This document shows positions 41,537-55,208 of a DNA stretch of 64,000 bases, in pieces. The notes under the pieces were generated by a model, which was not told the origin of the DNA, searched no databases, and was given only the letters and a program-made list of their open reading frames with translations. Source of the DNA: Mizuhopecten yessoensis (Eukaryota). Both the position numbers and the translations under genes were made by a program. The stretch covers positions 40,799 through 104,798 of the forward strand of contig NW_018408484.1 in the NCBI RefSeq assembly GCF_002113885.1. The letters are read 5' to 3'. Each line of letters begins with the position of its first letter. The first letter of the stretch is position 1.

Positions 41537-42070
41537 CTTTCAGAATCAATGGCATCGGAAGGGCCAACCACAACAAATTGACTTATTGAAATGTACATTG
41601 TAAAAATCGAAAATATCGCGCACCTTTTAACCAACACTGATGTAAACAGAAAGATCAGTTGGAGAGACTTTCAGTTATGGTTGGGTGTTCTTTCTTTCTG
41701 TGCCGAGGAGACTCAAGGCCATTTAGCAGAATAGTTTGTAATGTTTACCCCCTAGCTTTAAAACATACCATTTGATAAGGGCATCGCACTGGAAATATAC
41801 TTTCAAAAATAACACACAAAAGAAATACAAAGAAAAAGAAAAGCATTCGTTTTCATCACATTTAAGTTAAACTTGTATCAAGCAATAAAACTACTTATTT
41901 CACCATTCACAGACAGAGCGGGGCTAGGCGATTATGATGCAGGTCATTCTTACATAGACACTGACCTTTAAAATGAAATATGGCAAATTTCGGGACATTA
42001 CATTTCAAAAAGGGTTACCATCCTATTTGCATTCTTCAGATGTTGGAAGGAGTTGATTAACAAAAGACAA
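41537..42070 (-). pseudogene. decayed exon, Cys-rich plus WSC-like; paralog of 42939-43500
   Basis: Minus-strand CPEICH..GQCLCKND, LLNG, PTITES and FCLHQCWLKGARYF; ends at donor AAG|GTACAT; stops and frameshifts. Confidence 0.5.
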
Positions 42071-42381
42071 AATGTATCCATGCAGCATCAACACAAATAA
42101 TAGCACGTGTTCCATCAAGTCTTCTCTCATTAATAAAACAAAATACTTGTAATACAGTAGCAAAGGAGACACTTAATTCTATTTTCTGAGTTCATTGGTT
42201 CTGTAAATGTACTAGCAAACGAATTGCTAGTCGTATGTTGAGCCGTTTGTACAACATCAAATGTTTCAAAGTGCCAGAGAAAGCACACCAATCCCTGAAA
42301 CATTTGTATCTGGTTTTCATTCCTTGGAAGAGATCACAGCAGATCACACCTCATATGCCAACTTGCTTATGCTTCAAAGTT

Positions 42382-42432
42382 GCTGGTACAGAGGCTGGTA
42401 CAGAGGCCGGTACAGAGGCTGGTACAGAGGCC
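42382..42432. repeat. 12-bp tandem repeat, 4 copies
   Basis: GCTGGTACAGAG. Confidence 0.85.
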
Positions 42433-42938
42433 GCACCTCCTTGACCTCTACCCGATAACTTGACGTAACTCGATCCACCTGTTAACATCGCGACCGGTTA
42501 ATGCGTGATGTTAACTACCCACACAAAGACGTCAGGTGGACAATGGTGATGCATGTGACCCTCACACCTTAACCACACTGCCAGTTCGATTTTTAATCTG
42601 CTTTGTATGTAGTGATTCATCACATATCAAATCGTCGAACTGTTTGATAAATGAAAAGAGCTCATTTTTCCACAGGTCAAAGAACTTATCCAGTATCCAG
42701 TTCGTGAACAGGTAAAATATATAACTAATAACACAAAGGACGATGCCATCAATTGTTATTTAAAAGTGTTTTACTCTGGAGTAAAATGTTATTCTTCGAA
42801 GATATTTATGGTCTTTAACATAAGACCAAGGGTACCAAATGGCTTTCCTTTCCCCCAGAATATGAACGTTTTTGTTATATATGTTGACTATGCAAAATAC
42901 CGAAAAATTACCGAATTTAATATCAATTTAAAAATGTA

Positions 42939-43500
42939 CCTTGTTGGCACAATTTCAAAACGTGCTGGCCTCTTTGATGGAAACCGAAGTGTCTGATACT
43001 ACAATAGTGTTTGCTTGTCAAAATGCATATTGATAAAGTAGAAAATATCGCCCAGCTTAAACCAACACTGATCTAAACAAAACGCTAACTCTCTGCCATA
43101 GATTCAGTTATAGTTGGATGATTTAGCTCTCTGTGCTGATGACACTCGTCGGCCGTTTAACAGAAGAGTTGAGCATGTACTCTGACAAGCTAAAAACCAC
43201 ACCCTTTTTATATAAATATCACTGGAAATGTTCGTTCCCAAGCAAAAATAACCATACATGCATGGATTGTTTGTTCCACAAGTAAGTGGAATATCCATCA
43301 AACATCCAAAAATGTTCACCCGTTCACGGACAACTGGCTAGAGATTTGGGCTGTTGTGTTCTATTACGCAGACGTCGTACATGTTTTTATAGCAGTGGCC
43401 ATTCACACGTGAAAATGGCATGTTTCAGGACATTACATTTTTAGAAATACTTGCATTCTTTATTCTTTGGAAAGAGTGTTGCATTACAAAAGACGACCAA
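42939..43500 (-). pseudogene. decayed exon, paralog of 41537-42070
   Basis: CPETCH..NGHCYKN, LLNG, PTITES and FCLDQCWLK.GRYF; same donor AAG|GTACAT. Confidence 0.5.
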
Positions 43501-46321
43501 CAGCAACTTTTCAATCAGGGGTCTGCAACCTAAAAAACGTTATCCACTTACCACACTAATTTCAACGCCTTCCAAATATTTAGGCAACAACTTGAGATAA
43601 AAATGAATGGCTTTCAACAGCCAGTTATTTGAGCCTATTTCAAAATGGATTCTCCTCCCTCAATAGCAAAGTGTTGCCTTTCAGCCTTTAGATTCCAATG
43701 ATGTTGAATCGGTACGTTGGTAGTACCGATAATGTTCAACATTGAATATAAAAATGTGAAGAGAGTGTAGCCTGACTTGCATGACTGGAAAATGAAACGC
43801 ACAAATCCCAATCACACTCGTGTGATAGGAACAAATATGGTGGCAAACAATTCAAATCAAGGGTAAACTCTTTCTGCTGCTTGTGTTATTGACTCTGACT
43901 AAGCAGAGAAAGTTCAAGTCTTCAGAGACGAAAGAAAGCTTTCACTTGAATTGTACTTAATATCCGTGGAGAGCAGTCATGGAAAGATTACAAAATCTGA
44001 GGCACTGAAAACCACAATAACAAAGCAATAAACAGTTAATGTTCATGCTAACACCTCGTGTATGAAACGTGTAAGGACAGAGATATGCGATCCTTTGATG
44101 GGTCACCATTGAGGAGAAACCAATTTGCATCCGTTTTGTGTTTACATTTTATATATTCTGTACCAGTAACTCAAAATTTGAGTGGTATTGAGAAGTTGAT
44201 CTCCTGTTCGGTGACTTTGTTTCATCGACATAATAATTAAACACACCCCTGCAAACCGGCTTTTTGGATGTATGCCTTGCTTTCAATCTGTCAGATTTCC
44301 TCGGTATTAGTTTATCTATAAATGTTCTTTATTGTGTGAGGTTATTCAAGTGATCCCAAGGAAGTTTCGCAGAATTTAATTGATAATTGACTGATATTTT
44401 TGAATCAATGTCACTGTGAGCCCGGTACATCCAAAGAATATGCCTCATCCTTCAATTGACCTTTATGAAATGTTTATATCAGAAGAAAAATTCCCAATGT
44501 AAACCAAAATGCAAATATAACTGGGCAAAATAATAAGAAAGGAAAGATTAAGAGGGAAATCTTTGAGAACGTACAAGTTAAATAAGTTGTTTTAACTTCT
44601 GTTTTTATATACGACACCTGTTTTGTGTATGGAGAATAAAAGCCAGGTTATCAAAGTCTGAACTGGTGAAGTGACAATAAAAACACAGAGCATACTAGTA
44701 AGCATAATGGAAATTTTTGTCCGGTTTTATTGACATGATTTCCTGTTTATACGTCACTAGCATTGTCCACTAGAAAAGCTTTCGCCTATCTTAAATAGGA
44801 ATAAACAAGTACGTGAGAAGTTTGTGTCAGAATTTCAAGTTTTAGAGACAAAATAGAAACAAACACTGAGGTACATGCAACAATTACTTGAGACGTGATT
44901 TAAGTAATTTACATCGGTAAATGACTATGTATAATTTATCTGAAATAAGTATTTCAGATAAATTATACATAGTCATTTGCAAATAATGAAACAAAAACAT
45001 GTTTACGAGTGTCTAAGTAGATCAATTCACGATGGGCATGTTAACTCATTTCCATTATTGGCCAGTCTAATGTATTTTTTGGACAATTTCAATGCACTTG
45101 GGACCGTATGGATCCATGTCTCCGAAGACAGTGCCGTGCGTGATATATTGTACTGTTATGAATATGCTGTTCCTTCTTGCCCATGGGAATGTTAGATTGT
45201 AATGGGAATCTACAAAAGCTCGTCAAGAAATGAGCCGATCTCTGTACATTTTACACGGCTATGACACATTACGCGTGTTTGGGGACCCTTTGACGAGATG
45301 TGCCACGATAGACCCATTCTACACGAGCCCAAGGCCATTTAGTGGACAATGGTTTCCTGATTAACCTGCCAATGAACCCAATCAGGCTGATGAAATGAAA
45401 AACAAAAAGCGACTTGTGGTCTTTAATCTAATCACAGTGATGAGGAATATGATAGTTGAACTGTTGTCGTTTCGTAGGCTACCGTCGACCTTCACCTGAA
45501 CATGTGACCCATACAATCATTGTTTTCTTATTTTCTTGTCGATAATATGTCATAAATGTCATTTCACCTTCAATGAAGCTAATTACTTAATGGTGAACGA
45601 CAAACATAATAAACGCTACGACGGAGACCTGTATAATCACATACCTTACAAGTGGTAGACAGTTGTAGAAATTATCCTGATTAACGACGTGCCATAGCAA
45701 CGAAAACAATAATTAGTTCCGGTCGCTGCAGACGGTGTCACAAAGAGTGCGCCAGGTCGAGAAATGCTTTACGTATCTTATTCCAAACATGACCTGGATA
45801 AACTCTTTTCTTAGAAATCGGTGTCGTTGTGTCAGTATTCATGCCTCATATATTACGATTTATGTGGCAGACTTACAGATAAAGAACCTATCTGTCCTCG
45901 GCGGGACAAACGTTACTATGTGTAACCGATTGTTTGATAAGTAGATAAACAGTAACGATAACAGCGTAATAAGGAGCTCGCATTAGTCAGGTTATCGATA
46001 CATGTTTTGTTTGGTATAGATTTTACCACGGCGCCAAAATGTTCTGACGTCAACTGTTTCTTCGATATTAAAATGGGTCCAGTCTTCGTATTACCCTGGA
46101 GGTTGCGAGGACATTAAACCACTTACAAGCAAGATTAGAAAGGAAGAAATTAAAGGTTAATTGCTGAGTTGAGGAGCACTGAACAGGTTAATGAATTAAA
46201 CGTTTAGAAGTGTGTGTAATGGGGAACCACTGTTGTTAATGAGGGCAAAGAGGAAATGATCTGGTGATAATTTGCTGCCAAATCCAACCTTAACTTTGGT
46301 TACTATGCTAAAATAATGTAT

Positions 46322-47276
46322 ACAAGAGGCCCAGAGGGCTTGTATTGCTCACCAGGATATCTAAGCAATCATGACAAAATATTCTCCAATTAAGATCCAA
46401 GGGAATGGGCCAGACGTCCACATAGTCCACTTCATAATGTATATGACAATATTAGTGCTGATCTTTTTATTAAACTTTGAAACATGTAATATTACAGGGG
46501 TTATTCATTGTATAAAAATATCACCCATGGCCTTCGTACGCTACTGTACACTGCTACCTTTATGCCCAGCGTTTGAATATACAGTTTTTATCATGACAGC
46601 ATTCATCTCTTTATGCCAAACAATTTGTACAATTTTGATTCACTGACTCCAATGAATGCTTCCGACCAAATATGATTGATATCCAGTGCAAAGTTCTACA
46701 GAAGAAGTCGTTTATAGCAATATAGCCAAATTACCCCCTTTCGGCCCCACCCCTCAGCCCATTGGGGGTCAGCCCCACCATTTGTTCAATTTTGAATCCC
46801 CACTACCTAGGGATACTTCCAGTAAAATATGGTTGGTATCCATCTCTCAGTTCCGGAGAATAAGTTGCTTAAAACAATATGGCCAAATAACCATTTTTGG
46901 CCCCGCCTCTCAGCAGCCTAGGGGGTCAGCCCCACCATTTGTACAATTTTGAATCCCCACTACTACCTAGGGATGCTTCCAGTCAAATATGGTTGATATC
47001 CAGCACTTAGTTCCAGAGAAGTCGTTTAAAGCAATATAGCCAAATTGCTCCCTTTTGGCACCGCCCCTGAGCCCCCTGGAGGGTCAGCCCCATCATTTTT
47101 ACAATTTTGAATCCCCACCACTTATAGATACTTCCAGTCAAAATTAGTTAAATTCCAATCAGTGGTTAGGAAGAAGAAGTCGTTTGAAGAAATTGTTGAC
47201 GTACGGACGACGGACGGACGACGGACGCCACGGTATGACATAAGCTCACCTTGGTCCTTCGGACCCGGTGAGATAA
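46322..47276 (-). mobile_element. complete non-autonomous Helentron-associated element (HINE/pearl-type) with three ~157-bp internal tandem units
   Basis: ACAAGAGGCCCAGAGGGC..GCTCACC at one end; GACG/GACGG microsatellite and AGCTCACC-TTGGTCCTTCGGACCC-GGTGAG hairpin at the other; units begin near 46720, 46878 and 47035; carries the inserted 46418-46562 fragment. Confidence 0.85.
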
Positions 47277-48559
47277 CAAGGAAACGGGTCAATCTTCGGA
47301 AATACCCTGAATGTTTCGAGCTTGATGTTTTTTGGACATTCAGTTTTCTCCAGTCCATCAGTTTACTGAAAGTTAATTTAATTATCTTGTTAGAGCATAT
47401 CCATCTGGTATCGAAACTCTAATTAAAATATATGAGCCTCCTTAGACATAGGTGATTACTGTGACGATAAACCAGATATAGAGGAAAAGCGGAGAGCAGC
47501 TGGTAAAGGACGAAAATACCCTTCCACCAGCAGACGTAATACATTTTAAATGGTCGATTGGCTGTTGAGGCATATCTCTAAGATATAATAGTACCTGGTA
47601 CCTAGCGGTATTGCTAATAGAAACCATTAGTCAGTAATCAAAGAGAGAGACAATGACGACGCACGAAATTAATCATTCAGCAGCAGCTGTTAAGAGAACA
47701 ATGTTGGCTTGGTGCATGCATATCACTATACGACAAATTATTACTCAGAAGCAGAAACAGCTTTCTAGGCTCACCGAGAATGGTAAGGTCAGAAAGATGC
47801 AATCCTCATACATAGCTGTACATTTGACAAAAGACTTGTCCAAAAAGTGCTTATCGATTACCCCCTGACCAATAGTATTATAATAAATCAAAATATTGGT
47901 GTGGCAAAATCTACTGCTGACAACTTTTTCTCTGTCATAACTGCTGACCTCCAATTAAGGTCAATATAGCAAGTATAAGCTCGCAGTCAAAGCCCCGATA
48001 GCTGTTCTGCTCTAAACAGTTCTACGTAAACAATAGTTTAAGGTACTGCTTCAATTGATGATTCAATTGTATTTACTAAGATTTACATGATGGGTTTAAA
48101 GACGCCAATACCACTGGATACATGGTCTTATTTTCCCTGACGATTTCAAGGGTCCCCATATAAATCTTTTTGTTCCGCTCTATTTTCATCGCTTTGAGTT
48201 AAAATTACAGTTTTTGTTACACATTTTCAAAAGGAATCTTTGCAATTGAAGCACATTATCTTGATATACCCTGGTGCTCACTTGTGTTGATATAAGTCAA
48301 TACAAGTAAAGGTCTACTAAGAATCCTTGGGAACAGCGGCCACTAGAATTATCTAACACAACAAAGAACAATGAGCTAAAAAATGTACCACTACTGAATT
48401 ACCAAAGGTAAACTTTTACCGAAGGAAACCTGACACGATTTATAACTTATTCATTCATCTGCAAAAATGGTAGGTTAATGCATTTAGCCTCGATCCAAGG
48501 TCATCCGACAGGAGAAATACGTATCAATGACGCGGAGTGTTTCTATCTCTAGAGATGAC

Positions 48560-48603
48560 AGGTGTACAGACGGAGAAGACGCTTACCCTTCCGGAACACC
48601 TGG
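48560..48603 (+). mobile_element. isolated 3'-tail motif of the Penelope-like family
   Basis: GGTGT..AAGACGCTTACCCTTCCGGAACACCTG resembles the reverse complement of 18090-18140. Confidence 0.55.
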
Positions 48604-48879
48604 AATTATACTTTTTGTATTGTAGTTTTATCATAGATTTCAATATTTGTCACACCATTTCTGTATCCATATATGGCATTAACAGTTGTTTTGGCTGAGA
48701 CAATGTTCCTTTTAGTTAGGATCTAAAAATGACTTTTTATGACAAATAGAATGAATGGCAATAGAGTTTCATTACCATTTTTGGTCCCGGCCTGACAAGA
48801 TTTATATATATATATATCATCAGAAAAACCTCCAAAGTCCTTGTGATGGTTAAACATAAAAATAAAAATTAAAAAAAAT

Positions 48880-49027
48880 GACAAGAGCGTCTTCGTACCT
48901 TCCTAGCGCTTTGACCTCTTTAGAGGTTCATCAGGGAAACTGTTAATTTATGTTGACAGGACAACCTGAGGAACACCTAAAGAGGTGTGCGCGCTACGGA
49001 GGTACTACGAAACACGTTGTATTTGTC
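48880..49027. mobile_element. ~150-bp imperfect palindrome (MITE-like)
   Basis: Left arm TTCGTACCT.CCTAGCGC..ACCTCTTTAG.GGTTC.TCAGG pairs with right arm CCTGAGGAACACCTAAAGAGGT..GCGCTACGGAGGTAC..CGAA. Confidence 0.75.
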
Positions 49028-49109
49028 TTTTATAATATATTTATATATATAGTCATTGCACCTTAAAGTAAAAATAAGCTGTAAGTACATTGATGTAATT
49101 ATTTGATCT

Positions 49110-49350
49110 GATTTCACAATTTCTGTGAACTGTGAACACAATCACAAATGAACAATCCAATGATCCTCTGTCCACATCTGGCACGAATATGAACCTTAGT
49201 TGATAGATGTGGATAGATGTGGTGATTGACAAGCTGATCTGTGATGAGAATGATATCACCTGTAAATGTACCAACTACAGACGCCGTGGATAAATAAATA
49301 ATAGGGTCTTTAAGGCCACACGATAAATACAACGTAATAATGTTCACAAG
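49110..49350 (-). pseudogene. possible decayed cadherin-repeat exon
   Basis: TFTGDIILITDQL (one frame) then IYQLRFIFVPDVDRGSLDCSFVIVFTVHRN (shifted frame) fit TGxIxL..YxLxVxAxDxG..VxVxRN. Confidence 0.35.
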
Positions 49351-50334
49351 TAACGAACGACAAGTAGAATTGGGTCAGTAAAACCTCGTCAAGTTTCCGT
49401 GTACTTCATATGATCATAACGAGACGCGATTATTTGACCAGAGTGCTCTTGGCAAAACAAGCAGCCGACTTAGCAGACTGTCTGACAGACCACTAATGGC
49501 GACGCTGATCCAGTGCTCTATTTACCCAGATCTGCAAGTGCTAACCTACTTGTTAGACAGATTATCACCATGTATGGCTTCTAAATCTTGTTACATAAAT
49601 GTCCGCTTGCTCTTTTCTATTCTTTTAATGTCATTTTGTATATAGGACTTCTTTCAATTACAGCAACGCGAGGTTTCAACCAGGACAATCTAACATCCGT
49701 CGGTATTTTTTCTCTCGGAAAAGCCCTGCCCTAGCTGAGTTCCACAAAGAAGCCAATATAAATGCATCGACATTTCATATCAATGACAGCTATCCGATTT
49801 CCCAGAAACAAAGACGGTGTTGATTTGAAGTTTGTTAAATTGATATTCGCCATTATATGAACAACTGATAAAACGTTTATATACTTCATGATGGCACGTC
49901 CAAGGTATGAGAACGGCGACAATGTGATCAAAAGACACTTGAATATCACAAGAGATGTCTTACTTAAAATTAGTCAGCCCGTCACAGGATACCCGATATC
50001 TGCAATTAACACGTATCTATTTCAATTACCATTTTTTTCTGTGACGTACATGCAGGTAAACGTGCACGTTCACGTGCAGCACCTCAATAGATATGAGTGA
50101 AATAAATACGGCCAATGTGCGAGTAATAGACTAATGATTTTTTATGATTAAATACAGAACAGTGATACAGGTATAGGTTCTGTACCAATCACGCGATACG
50201 TAAACCGTGTAGTCATGAAACGCATGCGGCGAGACATTCTGACACAAGGAGTGAAGAATTTTAGCTGTACAATACAACAACATAGGTTTCTATTTCCTGA
50301 CCGATTGAAGCCTAAAATAGAATTGATGCATATG

Positions 50335-50730
50335 GTTGGTTTTGTTGTACATGGTTCAACGTCCTACCAACAGCTAAGGTCATTTAAGAACGTACCTCCA
50401 TGTGTGTTGTGTATGCGTGCATGTGTGTATGTGTACTAGTGGTATGCTGGTGTAATTGCCTCCTTGTGAAAGCGCGGATCTCATGCCGGCTATATAATGC
50501 TATCTCACTTAAATACCATATCCAAGGCACCCAGAGCAGCATTTCGCCCGGTCACATTATACTTACAACGGGTGAACCAGTTGTTGTCATTAACCTAAAT
50601 ACTGAACGTTAAACCACCATTTAAGGACTTTGGTGTGTCCCGGCCTGGGGACAGAATCCATTGCCTATCTCACCTGTGCGAACGTTCATTAAAGCCAAAA
50701 GTGAGATATTGCCGAGCAAGGCCGTAGGAA
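50335..50730 (-). mobile_element. SINE (V-domain-like mollusc family), reverse orientation
   Basis: Reversed tail GGTTCAACGTCCTACCAACAGCTAAGGTCATTTAAG, TG-rich tract, central CCCGGTCACATTATACT.ACAACGGG.GAACCAG and TTTGGTGTGTCCCGGCC; a short related tail at ~31665-31712. Confidence 0.65.
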
Positions 50731-51720
50731 ACATAGGCAGCTTAAAGCAGATAGTATGGACTATAAATGTCTGTCATCCATTGAATGTTAAACGACCTAT
50801 AGTAGCATCACCGGGCTCCACATTGACCGTCATTAGTTTGGATCACGACCAATTTATAATTTATTGTTTCAGACCATTTGTGCCGACATTTTTTTCTAAT
50901 GATATCATGATTACGACAATAACACTTTGCAATAACCTTTATCAACCTACATCTCTCGTAAACTTGTATTTTAAGTTGTTTTCCGTCAGCCGTCATAAAG
51001 CGTATCCCCTTGCAGATGCCTGGCTGCCTTTACGCTAGTACGCAGGTTAGTCCACTAAATCTGGGAAAATTCTGCTTGTGGACCCCTTGTGCACCTAACA
51101 AGGTCCTGTCCTAGACCCGCTCCTTTCGAAATGAACCCATACCGAACAAGGGCTAGATACGTCCCTGTCAAATACAGCGCAAGCCCTTGACTACCGATTC
51201 AAATTAAATGAGATATGCAGACATCGCAGGTTTAGTAATCCGGTGTGTTACTATCAAGAGAGGGGTAGTTTACGCTTGGAAAGTTGAAATCGTCACACTT
51301 TTCGTACAGCTTAATAGTAAGCCGTCCCGTTAGGGCGTGTTTTTTAGGTAGGCAGCTGCGTAGACGAATCTTTAGTGTCCGTGATTCAGGAGGGTATCAT
51401 CTATCTATATGTTATACTTCACAGAGACAAAGATGGTTTAATGCGAAGAATAAACAAGTGATAATAGATAACCCGTTTCGGTGTATAAACGTCTGGCCCT
51501 ACTCTGTCACTCGTAGCTCAATTTTGTAACTAATTCTCTTAATGCCCTGTGTATCTAAGTGCAGTTGCTGCATACCCATTTATACTTAAAGTGAGGCTCT
51601 TCAAAAAACATTTCCAGATACATTTAAATGCATACCACTTAATACCACAGCAAAGAAACCGCAATACTGACATAATTGTCATACCAACCAAATAAATGAA
51701 CCATAACATAGAAAACTCAG

Positions 51721-52250
51721 TACCGTACACAGTCTTATACCTCTTAAATACCGCAGGAAACAAATCGGTATACCGTACACAGTCTTATACCTCTAAAATA
51801 CCACAGGAAACAAACCGTAATACCGAACACAGTGTCATACCACTTAAATACCACAGGAAACAAATCGGTATACCGTACACAGTCTTATACCTCTAAAATA
51901 CCACAGGAAACAAACCGTAATACCGTACACAGTGTCATACCACTTAAATACCACAGGAAACAAATCGTTATACCGTACATAGTGTCATACCACTTAAATA
52001 CCACAAGAAACAAACCTTTATACCGTACATAGTGTCATACCACTCAAATACCACAGGAAACAAATCGTTATACCGTACATAGTGTCATACCACTTAAATA
52101 CCACAGGAAACAAACCGTTATACCTTACACAGTCTTATACCTCTTAAATACCAGAGGAAACAAACCGTTATACCGTACACAGTGTCATACCACTCAAATA
52201 CCACAGGAAACAAACCGTTATACCGTACACAGTATCACACCACTTAAATA
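51721..52250. repeat. 50-bp minisatellite, ~10.5 copies with decayed flanking units
   Basis: TACCGTACACAGTGTCATACCACTTAAATACCACAGGAAACAAACCGTTA. Confidence 0.95.
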
Positions 52251-52317
52251 ATTACAATAAAATCACAGCAAAGGAACCTCAATACCGTACATAACACTCA
52301 TGCTTCACTCCAGGCAG

Positions 52318-52425
52318 GTAAGTGGTTTACTCAAGGACACAGACATAGCCCGCTGTCTGGGGACTGCACCGACATCTTTGTGGTCAATATTCCGGCGCAC
52401 TATCAGCTGTGCTGTTCGGTCCCCC
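52318..52425 (-). mobile_element. decayed tRNA-derived SINE head, reverse orientation
   Basis: AAGTGGTTTACTCAAGGACACA..GGGGACTGCACC resembles the reverse-SINE pattern AAGTGTCTTGCCCAAGGACACA..GGGNTCGAACC. Confidence 0.45.
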
Positions 52426-54264
52426 TAATAACATAATACTAGTGCTGTTGCTAGAGGATTTTTCGTCATCTTGTAAACAGGTCTTTTGATTTTCAAAACA
52501 TTAAACAAATCAGAACAAAAACAGAATATTTTGAATCGTATAGCATATAATCATGCTATTTGTCCATATACCCATTCTCACAATATTATATTTAAGGAAT
52601 GATTTTTATTTTTTCAACATTTATGACCTCATAAATGTTGAAAAAATAAATATCATTCCTTATATTTACATTGACGAATCCTTTCAGTGGATCGATATAA
52701 CAACGAATAAAACAAATAAACAGGGTTTGTTCCTGCTTATACACGGGTGCAACGCAGTGGCGAGAACAGTGTTTTTTCGCGGGGAAATGTGACACTATCG
52801 TGAGAGATCTTAGCAACCGTCAACAACAATAACACAACAAAATGTAGTTCCATATTCAATGTTTATTTGTAGCACAGGACACGTGAATACGTGGATATTT
52901 CACAAAAGCACAGTTCAATAATATTTCAAGATGTAAGAATAAAGCATCTAGGTCGGTCGTTCCGAGTGAGTAGTTTTTGTAGTGTATTACTACGCAGTGT
53001 GATCAGGTTACTATCAGTTCCCACGTGCTGAGATTCTATGAACACCTGTGTTATGCATTTATGAATGTAATTTTTTTTCAATGGGTCTAAGCATACAAAA
53101 TGTAAATATTTTGTAATGTTACATTTCGGCATTAGGAAAGAAGAGTGACAGTTAATGTTATAAACATATTGTCCCATTCGGTATATGAATCAATTATAAC
53201 GGATACTTCAAATATTCTATTAGATGTTTCAATCAGTCGAGAATATGAAACGTAATTTATGTTTAATTATATATTTGAAATCTTCCAACAACTGTTTATG
53301 TCAGAAAGGTCCTTTGCACGCGCTTTATGACTAACACGTTTCAGGTCCCCCCTACTACTGCCTGAACCTGTAACTGGTAACGTTTTACTGACATGACAAA
53401 AGCTTTGATCAATAATTTCTGAATAGAAACCCATACCTTGTGGAACTTTTATGAAAAATTATTAAGACGAAATGAACGAAAAGGAGTTTAACAACAGGGT
53501 TCTAAGAGTAAACAGATCATATGTACCGGGCCAGGGTGTGAACTCTTTTGTCTGCAGTGACACAGGGATCCTCACTACATCTTGTGATGAGTACATCATG
53601 ATATGTACATTTCTATTTGACATTTATTTAATCTGCCATGACAATTGTGTTGATCAATAACATCCCGTCTGTCTCTCGGTGTCATGTAAAGACATTACGG
53701 CCTGTATGTCCCAGCCTTAGTGTCGTAATTACTTTCCGAGGGTTCTAGAAATAGAGTGGAACTGTGGTCTTAGAAATCGTCACCCAAACTACAAGGGAAC
53801 AATCCAAGTCCAAGTCCTGTCCCATTTGAAGTTCGTATTTTCAAACATCCGTTAGCTTTTTAGTATCTGATTATAAATATAAGCTTTTTGTTATTGGAAA
53901 ACCTTGCAAATCCTATAAACATCGTCTACAAAAGGTAACATGTAGCCGTATTTGGTTTCAAAAGGTGAAGCTAACATATAATGTGTATAACGTAAAAAAT
54001 AATTTAAAAAAGTAAAGCCTTCAAAATTTATTATTGATATTATTAACTTGTATATAACCTCCTTAAGTTTAAAAGTAGGAATGGGATTATATCCACTTGA
54101 CACAGTGTTACAAAGCTCTATTGTTTATGAATTGTTGCATCTTGAAGCCATCAATCGACTTAGATTATATACTCTAGTAATTTTTATTTTTGGTTTAATT
54201 TGAAACCGAAGGCGACCAACTTTGTCTCTGGTTGGATAAGACATTTTCGAGTTCATTTCAATCT

Positions 54265-54338
54265 TTGATCTGCTTCAAGGTACAAGTTTTGATCTGCTTC
54301 AAGGTACAAGTTTTGATCTGCTTCAAGGTACAAGTTTT
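54265..54338. repeat. 24-bp tandem repeat, 3 copies
   Basis: TTTGATCTGCTTCAAGGTACAAGT. Confidence 0.92.
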
Positions 54339-54993
54339 AAACCGAATCATGCTGAATCATGTATGATGTAAGAAGAACCTGGTATTAAACGTGACAAGAT
54401 GGATGATCTGGTCAGGATGATGTTACAGACACAATCCGTTAATATCTAAGGAGATATATATAATGATCAGTGCACTCGCTTCCCTTGTTTTTCGCGCATT
54501 TGTCACATAATGTCGTCTGCTTGCTTAAGTTTCGTTTGTCATTGTTAAATGTAACTATCAGAACAGCTTTTCCGTTACACAAGTGTTGTTAGTGACCGGT
54601 GCTGACCTTCACTTCTAAGTAATGTTCGAATATACGTGATAAATCCGTGAACTGCCAGGTTCCATCGAGTGGAATCCCACACATCACCCCATCGACTTCT
54701 GTCAGCTTGTGTGCAGCTATAATTATTGGAATCAATAGATGACCTCACTCCTCTATTTATCAGTAGCTAGTTATTTTCAGTTGCAGATGTTTGGGGGAAC
54801 GTATTTGTTTGCACGTACATGAACAAGTAAATAAGCTGTCCTTGAGGTTGGCCATGACCTTGTAGCTGGAATTTATTTTAGCAAAGTTTACATAAAACAC
54901 TTGTTTAAGAATAAAGGGGCTGTCGTAGCCAAACGTTGTGTATGTAACGTAATAAAGGGTTTTAAGACATTTCCACTGTTTTCTATACTTTGT

Positions 54994-55208
54994 CCACATC
55001 TGTTTCGGAACACTTTAGTTCGGAACACATAAGTCATGGATTTCCACATCTGTTTCGGAACACTCTAGTTCGGAACACTTAAGTCATGGATTTCTACATC
55101 TGTTTCGTAACACTTTAGTTTGAACACTTAAGACATGGATTTCTACATCTGTTTCGGAACATGTTAGTTAGGAACACTTAAGACATGGATTTGTACATCT
55201 GTTTCGAA
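54994..55208. repeat. ~50-bp tandem repeat, ~4 copies, with internal TTCGGAACAC subrepeat
   Basis: CCACATCTGTTTCGGAACACTTTAGTTCGGAACACTTAAGTCATGGATTT. Confidence 0.88.

Noticed and set aside
45060-45420. Gypsy integrase remnant on the minus strand (DPYGP..KYI-like)
   Set aside because: Motifs too weak and scattered across frames
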